A stretch of 55,326 nt of DNA from an uncultured Anaerolineaceae bacterium (GTDB lineage: Bacteria; Chloroflexota; Anaerolineae; Anaerolineales; E44-bin32), in NCBI GenBank assembly GCA_964513155.1, contig CAZEMA010000004.1, forward strand, positions 5,284 to 60,609, read 5' to 3'. Below are positions 35,934 through 44,406 of the stretch, in pieces (within the stretch, counting starts at the first letter, position 1; each line of letters begins with the position of its first letter). The notes beneath the pieces were generated by a model. The model saw nothing but the letters and a program-made list of their open reading frames with translations. It was not told where the DNA came from and made no database searches. Both the position numbers and the translations under genes were made by a program.

Positions 35934-37364
35934 ATGCAGACAGTGCTGCGAGTGCTCTCGGACGATGAGCGGTCCCAGGTTCATGAGAGGACGCTCGAGG
36001 TACTCTCCAAAACAGGCCTTCGGGTTGATTCCGTCCGGGCGCGCAAGATCCTGGCGGACGCCGGGGCCGACGTGGATGAGACTTCTCGGATTGTACGTTA
36101 CCCCAAGGACCTGGTCGAGCGCTGCCTCAGCTCCGCGCCCAGGAAGTTCAACTTGGGAGGGCGGCGGCCCCACTGGACCCTCCCCCTAAGCAAGGGGGAG
36201 TGCACGCTGGTTGCCGATGGGGAGGGGATGCAGGTCGTCGACGGCACACCACTCCAGCGGCGTGCGGCGACGCCAGACGATTGGCTCAAGGCTACGCGGC
36301 TGATCGACGCCTTGGATGAGGTCGGCGTCTACTGGCGCATGGTGACAAGCGGCCTGGCCGGCCAATCGTCGGGAGACCTGGTCGCCTATTGGCGTAAGGT
36401 GTTCGGCAACTTCTCCAAGCATATCCAGGAGGGCAACGAAGATCCGGACCAAGTCCACTGGACCCTCGAGGTCTTGCAGGTCGTGTTTGGCGACCGGGCC
36501 ACCATCAAGCGCCTGCGGCCGGTCTCGTTCCTGCTCTGCCCCCTGTCGCCGCTCATCCTCCAGGGTGCGCCCGTCGATGCCTATCTGGAGACACTGGACT
36601 GGGGGATCCCCCTGGCCATCATGCCCATGCCTCTGATGGGGGCAACTGCGCCGGCAAGCCTGATCTCGACCCTCGTCTTGGCCAACACAGAGGCACTGGC
36701 GGTTCTGTGTTTGGCGCAGACGGCAGACCCGGGGACGCCCTGCATCTACGCGCCGGTCCCCGGTCTGGTTAACCCACGGACGGGCCGGTACAACGGCGGC
36801 GAGGTCGAACACGCTCTTCTCGGCGCGGCCGTGGCCGAGATGGGCGGCCACTACGGCCTGCCGGTCGAGACGGCGACCGGCGGCACCGATCAGCCCATTC
36901 CCGGCCTGCAGGCCGCCTACGAGCGCGCCATCAACTGGACGCTGCCGGTCTTGGCCTGGCCCGACATCCTGGTCGGCCCGGGCATGCTCAGCGGCTCGAC
37001 GGTCCTCTCGTATGAGCAGATGGTCATCGATGTGGAGATCTTCCGGCGATGCCGGCGGCTCCGCCAGGGGATCAACACCGAGCCGAAACGCTGGCTGGAG
37101 GACGTGCTGGCAGCCGTCGGCGCGGGTGGCAACTTCCTCGCCCAGCGCACCACTCGGGACGCCCTACGGAAGAACGAATGGTATATCAGCCGACTCGGTT
37201 TCCACGACACCTACGAGCAATGGGAAGCGCTCGACAGGCCATATATCCTGGCGGAAGCCCGCGAACGCGTTGATCAGTTCCTGGCGAACCGCGAGTCGCT
37301 ACCCCTGGATGATCGCGCAGAGCGCGAGCTCGATCGGATCGAGCGTCAGGCCCGGATGGCCTGA
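35934..37364 (+). CDS. MttB-superfamily methyltransferase, non-pyrrolysine type, paralog B1
   Basis: The protein is 476 aa. The N-terminus is LSDDERSQVHERTLEVLSKTGLRV, and MPMPLMGATAP is present. It is much more divergent from A1/A2. Confidence 0.75.
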   Translation: MQTVLRVLSDDERSQVHERTLEVLSKTGLRVDSVRARKILADAGADVDETSRIVRYPKDLVERCLSSAPRKFNLGGRRPHWTLPLSKGECTLVADGEGMQVVDGTPLQRRAATPDDWLKATRLIDALDEVGVYWRMVTSGLAGQSSGDLVAYWRKVFGNFSKHIQEGNEDPDQVHWTLEVLQVVFGDRATIKRLRPVSFLLCPLSPLILQGAPVDAYLETLDWGIPLAIMPMPLMGATAPASLISTLVLANTEALAVLCLAQTADPGTPCIYAPVPGLVNPRTGRYNGGEVEHALLGAAVAEMGGHYGLPVETATGGTDQPIPGLQAAYERAINWTLPVLAWPDILVGPGMLSGSTVLSYEQMVIDVEIFRRCRRLRQGINTEPKRWLEDVLAAVGAGGNFLAQRTTRDALRKNEWYISRLGFHDTYEQWEALDRPYILAEARERVDQFLANRESLPLDDRAERELDRIERQARMA

Positions 37365-37390
37365 CAATCCCCGAATAGAGAGGAGGAGGG

Positions 37391-38839
37391 TTGGACGTAC
37401 AGCTGCAGGTGCTGTCTGAGGCGGAACGGGAACGCGTCCACAGGGAAAGCCTGCGGATCCTGAGCGAGGTTGGCGTCCGCTTCCACGGTGACAAGGCCTT
37501 GGGGATTCTGGAGACTCACGGCGCCAAGGTCTCCCGAGAGCAGAAGCTGGCCAGGATCCCCCAGGAGTTGGTCAGCCTAGCCCTGGCAACTGCCCCCAAG
37601 TCCTTCGTGTTGCAGGCCAGGAATCCCGATTTGAGTTTCTCGCTCCCCTCGGCCTTCCCGGGCTACGGCATGGATGGGACGTGCGCCTTTGCCGTTGACT
37701 TCGAGACCGGGGAGAGGCGCTACGGAACCACCAAGGACATCCGCAACGCCTTACGCGTCTTCCAGGCGCTGGATCTGGCCGTGATGGCCTGGTCGCCCAC
37801 GTGTGCCTCGGACAAGCCGGCCAACGCCAGGCCCCTGCACGAGTTCTTCGGCATGCTGCGGCACTGCTCCAGGCACGGCCAGCACGAACTCCACCGCGTC
37901 GAGCAGGTGCCCTACCTCATCGCCGGTCTTAAGGCCATCCTGGGCAGCGAGGACGCCATCAAGGCGAAGAAGATCTGCTCCCTGATCTACTGCCCTGTGG
38001 CCCCTCTGGTCCACGATGGGCAGATGCTGGACGCCTATCTCGAACTGGGCGAGTTCGAGTTGCCCGTGATGATCATGCCCATGCCGGTTACCGGAACCAC
38101 CGGCCCCGCCAGCCTATTCTCCAACATCTGCCTGGCGAATGCTGAAACGCTCTCGGCGATCGTCGTCTTCCAGCTTGCCCACCCCGGCCGACACTTGATC
38201 TACAGCGATGCGGTCGGCACAATGGACTTCGCCACGGGCGGCTTCCTGGCCGGCGCGCCGGAGACGGCGCTCCAGGCGACCGGTCTCGTTGCCATGGGCC
38301 GTCACTACAACCTCCCGACGACGTCCACCGGCTGTTCGGCCGACGCCAAGGAACCCGGGGCGCAGGCTGTCCTGGAGAAGGTGCTCACGACGCTGCCCTG
38401 CGTCTTGGCCGGCTCGGATATGATCATTGGGATCGGCTTGATCGAGTGCAGCCAGACCCTTGTCCTGGAGCAGATCGTCGTCGACAACGAGATCGGCCAC
38501 CTGTGCCAGCGCATACGCCAGGGGATTGACACCGACGAGAAAAGGAACCTGTTCGCAGACATTGCCCAGGTGGGTCCTGGCGGCAACTTCCTCAAGTCAA
38601 GGAGCACCCGCCAGGCCGCCCGCAGTGGTGAGTTCTCGCGCACGACGCTGGTGGATCGGCAACCCTACGAGGCCTGGGTCAAGCAGGGAATGCCATCGAT
38701 CTACACCCGGGCCAGGGAGAAGGTGCGGGCGATTCTGGAGGCTCCCCCTGTGGATCCCTTGCCCGAGGACGTATCTCATGAATTGGACGAGATCCTGCGC
38801 GTCGCCGACCGCGAGATCCCTGCGGAGGCCGGCGGGTAG
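37391..38839 (+). CDS. MttB-superfamily methyltransferase, non-pyrrolysine type, paralog B2
   Basis: A TTG start follows GAGGAGGAGGG. The protein is 482 aa. LSEAERERVHRESLRILSEVGVRF and MPMPVTGTTGP are present. Confidence 0.75.
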   Translation: MDVQLQVLSEAERERVHRESLRILSEVGVRFHGDKALGILETHGAKVSREQKLARIPQELVSLALATAPKSFVLQARNPDLSFSLPSAFPGYGMDGTCAFAVDFETGERRYGTTKDIRNALRVFQALDLAVMAWSPTCASDKPANARPLHEFFGMLRHCSRHGQHELHRVEQVPYLIAGLKAILGSEDAIKAKKICSLIYCPVAPLVHDGQMLDAYLELGEFELPVMIMPMPVTGTTGPASLFSNICLANAETLSAIVVFQLAHPGRHLIYSDAVGTMDFATGGFLAGAPETALQATGLVAMGRHYNLPTTSTGCSADAKEPGAQAVLEKVLTTLPCVLAGSDMIIGIGLIECSQTLVLEQIVVDNEIGHLCQRIRQGIDTDEKRNLFADIAQVGPGGNFLKSRSTRQAARSGEFSRTTLVDRQPYEAWVKQGMPSIYTRAREKVRAILEAPPVDPLPEDVSHELDEILRVADREIPAEAGG

Positions 38840-38962
38840 CCTCGGCGAACAACAACCGTTGGTGATTGCCAGCGCGCCCGCGAGGTTGCTCTGCCTTCTC
38901 TGCCCCGGCCCAAGAGGCGGACTACGGATACCGTCGGATCACCCGTTCCCTGAGGAGTGGAA

Positions 38963-40237
38963 ATGACGACAGACGCGATTTCGCACATCTCGCCGATCTG
39001 GCCCCGCAGCTGGACGCTCCTGGTCGACCATGGCCGCGGACCATACATCTACAGCACCGATGGCCGAGAATACCTCGACTTCACCTGCGGCATCGCCGTC
39101 ACGAATACCGGCCATTCTCACCCCCGGGTGGTTCAGGCGATCCAGGAGCAGGCCGCGCGGCTGATCCATGGCCAGGCGAATATCGTCATTCACCAGCCCA
39201 TGCTCCGCCTGGTCGAAGAGCTCCTGACCGTCGTGCCGACACAGCTGGACAGCTTCTTCTTCACCAATTCGGGCGCCGAAGCCGTTGAAGGGGCGGTCAA
39301 GCTGGCCCGCGCCGCGACGGGACGGCCGAACGTGATCGTCTTCCAGGGATCCTTCCACGGTCGCACCAACGCCACCATGGCCATGACCACTTCCAAGACG
39401 ATCTACCGGGCCGGCTACCAGCCGCTCGCCAGCGGTGTGTTTGTCGCTCCCTACCCGTACGCCTACCGTTTCGGCTGGGATGAGGAGACGACCCTTCACT
39501 TCTGCCTGCGCGAGCTCAAGATTCTCCTCAAGTCGCAAACGGCGCCGGAAGAAACCGCGGCCATTGTTGTCGAGCCCGTTCTGGGCGAAGGCGGCTATGT
39601 TGTCCCGCCGGACGGGTTCTTGCCAGTGCTCAGGGACCTTTGCGACCACTCTGGCATCCTGCTAGTTGCCGACGAGGTGCAAACGGGCTTTGGGCGGACC
39701 GGCAAGTGGTTCGCCGTCGAGCACAGTGGGGTCATCCCCGACATCCTCATCATGGCGAAGGGTATCGCCTCCGGGCTTCCTCTGGCCGGGCTGGCGGCTC
39801 GCGGGGAATTGATGCAGCGTTGGCCGCCGGGATCGCATGGCGGCACGTTCGGAGGCAACGTGGTTGCCTGCGCTGCCGCGGTGGCGACCATCCAGGTGAT
39901 CCGCGAGGAGCGGCTGGTGGAGAACGCCGCCCGGATGGGCGAAGTGCTTCTGGGCGGCTTGCGGCAGTTGCAGGCCGCGCACCCGGAGATTGGCGAGGTG
40001 CGCGGGCGTGGGCTAATGATCGCCAGCGAGTTCACCGATCCATCCGGCGAGCCCTGGACCGAGCGAGCCAAGGCCGCCGCCAAGGCCGCCTATGAGGAAG
40101 GGCTTCTCCTGCTCACCTGCGGCACCTACGACAATGTCGTCCGCTGGATCCCTCCGCTCGTCGTGAACGCCAGCCAGATTGAAGAGGCGTTGGCGAAGTT
40201 CGAGCGAGCCCTGGACCGAAGCCGGGTCTCCGCCTAG
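38963..40237 (+). CDS. Class-III PLP aminotransferase, 4-aminobutyrate aminotransferase-like
   Basis: The ATG lies 5 nt after GAGGAG. FTNSGAEAVEGAVKLAR, DEVQTGFGRTGKWFA and MAKGIASGLPL fit the GabT-like pattern. Confidence 0.8.
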   Translation: MTTDAISHISPIWPRSWTLLVDHGRGPYIYSTDGREYLDFTCGIAVTNTGHSHPRVVQAIQEQAARLIHGQANIVIHQPMLRLVEELLTVVPTQLDSFFFTNSGAEAVEGAVKLARAATGRPNVIVFQGSFHGRTNATMAMTTSKTIYRAGYQPLASGVFVAPYPYAYRFGWDEETTLHFCLRELKILLKSQTAPEETAAIVVEPVLGEGGYVVPPDGFLPVLRDLCDHSGILLVADEVQTGFGRTGKWFAVEHSGVIPDILIMAKGIASGLPLAGLAARGELMQRWPPGSHGGTFGGNVVACAAAVATIQVIREERLVENAARMGEVLLGGLRQLQAAHPEIGEVRGRGLMIASEFTDPSGEPWTERAKAAAKAAYEEGLLLLTCGTYDNVVRWIPPLVVNASQIEEALAKFERALDRSRVSA

Positions 40238-40483
40238 GCTTCCTTTAGGAGTCCACCATAGAATCAGCCTGCCCCGCCGTCTCCTCTACATCGGCCGGTT
40301 AGGTGGCTCCTGGGAGATTGATTGCGATCCGGTAACTCTCGACGGGAGAGACCTGGTTGACCTGGTCAAGGGGGTCTGCCAAGAGGGAGACCCGAAAGCC
40401 GCGCATCTTCCCTGCGCTCCAGTCCGGGAAGGCGATATCGCGGGATGTGGCACGGAACCGTTAGACCTGCCGAGGAGCTTAGG

Positions 40484-42193
40484 ATGAACTCTCGAGTGTG
40501 GCGCGCCGATGTCGCCAAGCGTACAGTGCAGACGGAAAGCGTACCAGCCGGCTGGGAACAGTGGGGGGGCCGGGGTCTCATCGCCCGGATCCTCCTGGAC
40601 GAAGTGCCTCCCACTTGCGACCCCCTCGGCCCTTTCAGCAAGCTGATCTGGGCACCCGGGCTGCTGGTTGGTCACATGGTCTCGTCGTGTGACCGTATCT
40701 CGATTGGAGGCAAGAGCCCGCTCACCGGGGGTGTCAAGGAGAGCAACGCCGGGGGCACGACCGGCCTGAAGATGGTCCGCCTGGGAATCAAGGCGCTGCT
40801 GCTCGAGGGCGACCTGGCCACCAACGGCTGGTGGTTGCTCCATCTCACCACCGAAGGCGGCCGCGTTGAAGCGGCAGACGATGTCGCCGGACTGGGGACC
40901 TACGAGGCGGCCAGCCGTCTCCTGGAGCGCTTCGGCTCCAAGGTGGGCCTGGCAGTGATCGGCCCGGCTGGGGAAATGCGCCTAGCGGCCGCGGGGGTCC
41001 TCAACCTCGACAAGGATCGGGAGCCCTCTCGCATTAACGGCCGAGGTGGACTGGGAGCGATTATGGGCGCCCGCCGGTTGAAGGCAATCATCATCGATGA
41101 CGCGGGCGGAGACAAGCCGCTGTTGGCCGATCCTGCGAGATTCGTCGCGGCCCAGAAGTACTTCACCCGGGAGCTGATGGCCCATCCCCAGACGGCGATC
41201 TACCGGGACTACGGCACGGCGGCGCTCGTCTCGACGGTCGAGGGCTTCGGCGGTCTGCCGACTCGTGGCTTTTCCTCCGGCCACTTCGAGGGCGCCGAGA
41301 ACATCAGCGGCGAAGCCATGCGGGACCTTCTCCTTTCGCGAGAGGCGCCCAGCGAGACCACCCACGCCTGCATGCCTGGATGCACGATTCGCTGCTCCAA
41401 TCGGGTGGGAAGCGCCAAGGGGGAGAAGATCGTCGCACCCCTCGAGTACGAGACGATCGGCCTGGTCGGCGCCAACCTGGGCTTCGACAACCTGGACGTT
41501 ATCGCCAGGCTCAATTGGGAACTCAACGACCTGGGACTGGACACGATCGAAACGGGGGCCGCGCTGGGAGTCGCGGCGCAGGCAGGTTATATGTCCTTTG
41601 GGGATTCTGAGAGCGTGATGGCTCTCCTCAACGAGATTCGCAGAGGCACACCGCTCGGCCGCCTCATCGGGAACGGCGCGGCCACCACCGGCCGCGTCCT
41701 GGGCGTCAGGCGTGTGCCGGCCGTCAAAGGGCAGGCGTGCGCGGCCTACGATCCCCGCGCCATCAAGGGTACCGGGGTGACCTACGCCACATCCCCTCAG
41801 GGCGCAGATCACACCGCCGGGCTGACCGTCAGGGCCAAGGTGGATCACCTCGATCCCAAGGGGCAGGCCGACCTCTCCCGGACCGCCCAGGTCAACATGG
41901 CCGGCTACGACACGCTGGGCGCCTGCATCTTCGCCGGCTTCGGTTTCGCCAAAGCCCCTGGCGCCATCCGCGACTTGCTCAATGGCCGCTACGGCTGGTC
42001 GGTCGGCGACGGGATCCTGCAAGAGCTCGGCCGCCAGACCCTGACGTGGGAGCGGACCTTCAACCGCCTCGCTGGCTTCGGCCCTGAAGACGATCGGATT
42101 CCCGAGTGGATGACCACCGAACCGCTCCCGCCGCACAACTCTGTCTTCGACGTTCCCAACGAAGACCTCGACGGGATCTTCGAATGGTCGTGA
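40484..42193 (+). CDS. aor: Tungsten/molybdopterin aldehyde:ferredoxin oxidoreductase (AOR family)
   Basis: The ATG follows GAGGAG. WGGRGLIARIL...DPLGP.SKLIWAPGLL.G......R.SIGGKSPLTGG..ESNAGG is the AFOR N-terminal signature. The C-terminal domain carries Cys motifs (HACMPGCTIRC). Confidence 0.85.
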   Translation: MNSRVWRADVAKRTVQTESVPAGWEQWGGRGLIARILLDEVPPTCDPLGPFSKLIWAPGLLVGHMVSSCDRISIGGKSPLTGGVKESNAGGTTGLKMVRLGIKALLLEGDLATNGWWLLHLTTEGGRVEAADDVAGLGTYEAASRLLERFGSKVGLAVIGPAGEMRLAAAGVLNLDKDREPSRINGRGGLGAIMGARRLKAIIIDDAGGDKPLLADPARFVAAQKYFTRELMAHPQTAIYRDYGTAALVSTVEGFGGLPTRGFSSGHFEGAENISGEAMRDLLLSREAPSETTHACMPGCTIRCSNRVGSAKGEKIVAPLEYETIGLVGANLGFDNLDVIARLNWELNDLGLDTIETGAALGVAAQAGYMSFGDSESVMALLNEIRRGTPLGRLIGNGAATTGRVLGVRRVPAVKGQACAAYDPRAIKGTGVTYATSPQGADHTAGLTVRAKVDHLDPKGQADLSRTAQVNMAGYDTLGACIFAGFGFAKAPGAIRDLLNGRYGWSVGDGILQELGRQTLTWERTFNRLAGFGPEDDRIPEWMTTEPLPPHNSVFDVPNEDLDGIFEWS

Positions 42194-42423
42194 CGGTCCG
42201 CCTCCTCACCGTCCTGCGGCGACAGACACCGGAGGGGATCGTCGACCGTCTGACGCTGGATTTGGCGGATGGTGCCACCGTGGCAACCGCGCTCGACCAT
42301 TTGGGCATCCGGGGGCAGGGCGATCTCATCCTGCTGGTGCTCAACGGCCGGCTGGTCTCGCCTGAGCAGGCCCTGGCCGATGGCGACGATCTGCGGCTGG
42401 TGCCTGCCATCTCGGGCGGCTGA
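42184..42423 (+). CDS. MoaD/ThiS-family ubiquitin-like sulfur-carrier protein
   Basis: The protein is 79 aa and ends in ...LRLVPAISGG*, a C-terminal Gly-Gly. Its start overlaps the AOR stop by 10 nt. Confidence 0.7.
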   Translation: MVVTVRLLTVLRRQTPEGIVDRLTLDLADGATVATALDHLGIRGQGDLILLVLNGRLVSPEQALADGDDLRLVPAISGG

Positions 42424-42524
42424 GGCGGCATCGGCGTCGGTGAGGGCATCCACCTCGCTCGCTGTTTCTCCTGGGATTCTCACAACGTGAGTTACGCGGC
42501 GGGCCGCCGGTGCCATGAGAGGGC

Positions 42525-42782
42525 TCACCACCCGGGTGCCCCACGGCCCCGATGAGGCAGTGCGGCAGCCTGCCGCTTGCCTTGCCCGCTTCGGCCATGA
42601 ATGCCCTCGATTCGGCAGTAGCGCGCAAAGACACGGGGAACGTGCTCCGGCGGGAGGACGCTGCCATTGTCGGTGACGGTCACGTCGAGGCTATTCCCCT
42701 CCCGCCGAGCCTCCAACCGGATGAGACTCCCACCCGACGTGCCGCCGAGCGCACGGTTGAGGAGGTGTGAAGTACCTGACAC
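42525..42782 (-). pseudogene. Isolated remnant of a histidine-kinase ATPase (HATPase_c) domain
   Basis: LLNRAL..TSGGSLIRLEARREGNSLDVTVTDNGSVLPPEHVPRVFARYCRIEG contains the N-box, G1-box and F-box region. There is no DHp or sensor part, and the G2 box is decayed. It lies antisense between plus-strand genes. Confidence 0.5.
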
Positions 42783-42943
42783 GGCTCGGTCGGGGGCGCC
42801 GTCCCCGCGCGGATCCCGCCTTGCGGTCGATCCCCCTCAGGCTCTTAGGGGAAGGCAGTCAGCAGCGGTTTCCGTCGGGCCGTTGCGCCCGGGAGCATTC
42901 CCGGGTATCCTGTAGCCGATCTCATCCCATTGCGGGTGTCCCC

Positions 42944-43588
42944 GTGTATCTGGCGATCGAAGGCGTTATCGGCGTTGGCAAGACGTCCCTCGCCCGCCTG
43001 CTCCAGCCGACGTTTGGCGGCGAACTCTTGCTTGAGGTCTTCGAGGAGAATCCGTTCCTCTCAGACTTCTATGCCGACCGCAGGCGCTACGCATTCCAGA
43101 CTCAGATCTTCTTCCTGCTCAGCCGGTACCGTCAACAGCGGGAGGCGGTCCCCAACGCACTGGCCAAGGGCAACCTGATCGCCGACTACACCTTCGAGAA
43201 GGACGCTCTTTTCGCCAGGCTCAATCTGGACGGGGACGAGCTCAACACCTACTTCCGCCTCCATGAAGCCCTGGCCGAACGCATCCCCCGCCCGGACCTG
43301 ACGGTCTATCTGCGGGTCGAGACAGAAATCGCCATGCGGCGGATTGCCACGCGCGACCGCTCCTACGAGCGCAACATGGATCGCGCCTACATGGATGACC
43401 TAAACCGGGCCTACGAGGAGTTCTTCGGCGACCACGACTCGGGACCGGTGATGGTCGTCGACAGCAATTCCCTTGACTTCGTCGCCCGCCCGGAGCACCT
43501 GGCTTACATCGTCAACCGGATCCGGGACACCCTTGGCATCCCGCCATTCCAACCGCAGCTTCCCCTCACGGGCGGCCTCCCGGCATGA
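42944..43588 (+). CDS. Deoxynucleoside kinase (dNK family), copy 1
   Basis: YLAIEGVIGVGKTSLARLL is a P-loop, with ENPFLSDFYAD....AFQTQIFFLLSR and a DRSYER lid. A GTG start near 42944 is assumed. The upstream part of the 42767 ORF looks non-coding. Confidence 0.8.
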   Translation: MYLAIEGVIGVGKTSLARLLQPTFGGELLLEVFEENPFLSDFYADRRRYAFQTQIFFLLSRYRQQREAVPNALAKGNLIADYTFEKDALFARLNLDGDELNTYFRLHEALAERIPRPDLTVYLRVETEIAMRRIATRDRSYERNMDRAYMDDLNRAYEEFFGDHDSGPVMVVDSNSLDFVARPEHLAYIVNRIRDTLGIPPFQPQLPLTGGLPA

Positions 43589-43713
43589 GAGCCCGCCCGG
43601 CCTGGATAGCCTGGTTCAGGCTCCGGTAGCAGGGTTCGCAGTACCAACCGAGTGCAACGACGGGACCGGTAGAGTTGGGGCGGGCGCCCTCGCCCGCACG
43701 GAAGGGGAAGATC

Positions 43714-44406
43714 ATGAAGCATTTCATCGCCGTCGCTGGCAACATCGGAGTTGGCAAGTCGACCCTGGTTGAGCTTCTCTCTCGTCGCCTCGGCTGGCAG
43801 CCATTCTATGAGCCTGTCGGCGAGAACCCCTACCTGGCCGACTTCTATCGTGATATGCGATCCTGGTCCTTCCACTCCCAGGTCTTCTTCTTGACCCGCC
43901 GCCTGCGCGCCCATCGCCAACTCTGCGACCATCCGACGTCCGTCATCCAGGACCGCAGCGTCTACGAAGACGCCGAGGTTTTCGCGCACAACCTGTACCT
44001 TCAGGGCCACTTCTCCGAACGCGACTACGCCACCTATCGCGAACTCTACCAGGTGCTCACCGAATTCCTGCCCGCGCCGGATCTCGTCGTCTACCTGCGA
44101 GCCTCGGTCCCCACGCTCCGCCAACGGATCGCACTGCGCGGCCGGGATTACGAGCAGCAGATCCAGACGGACTACCTCTCCCGCCTGAACGACCTGTACG
44201 AGGATTGGACCAAGAACTTCACCCTGTGCCCGGTGCTGACGGTGCCCGCCGATGATCTGGACTATGTCGCCCACAGCAGCCACCTGGAACTGATCGTCTC
44301 CAAGATCCATGACAAACTCACCGGCAAGGAGGAGGTCGTCTTCGCCGAGGAGGAGGTGGCGCGGGTCAACGGCCGCGCACCGCACACCGCCGCGCAACAG
44401 CCGTAG
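43714..44406 (+). CDS. Deoxynucleoside kinase (dNK family), copy 2
   Basis: The ATG follows GGAAGGGGAAG. IAVAGNIGVGKSTLVELL, ENPYLADFYRDM..WSFHSQVFFL, IQDRSVYED and LRGRDYEQ are present. Confidence 0.85.
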   Translation: MKHFIAVAGNIGVGKSTLVELLSRRLGWQPFYEPVGENPYLADFYRDMRSWSFHSQVFFLTRRLRAHRQLCDHPTSVIQDRSVYEDAEVFAHNLYLQGHFSERDYATYRELYQVLTEFLPAPDLVVYLRASVPTLRQRIALRGRDYEQQIQTDYLSRLNDLYEDWTKNFTLCPVLTVPADDLDYVAHSSHLELIVSKIHDKLTGKEEVVFAEEEVARVNGRAPHTAAQQP

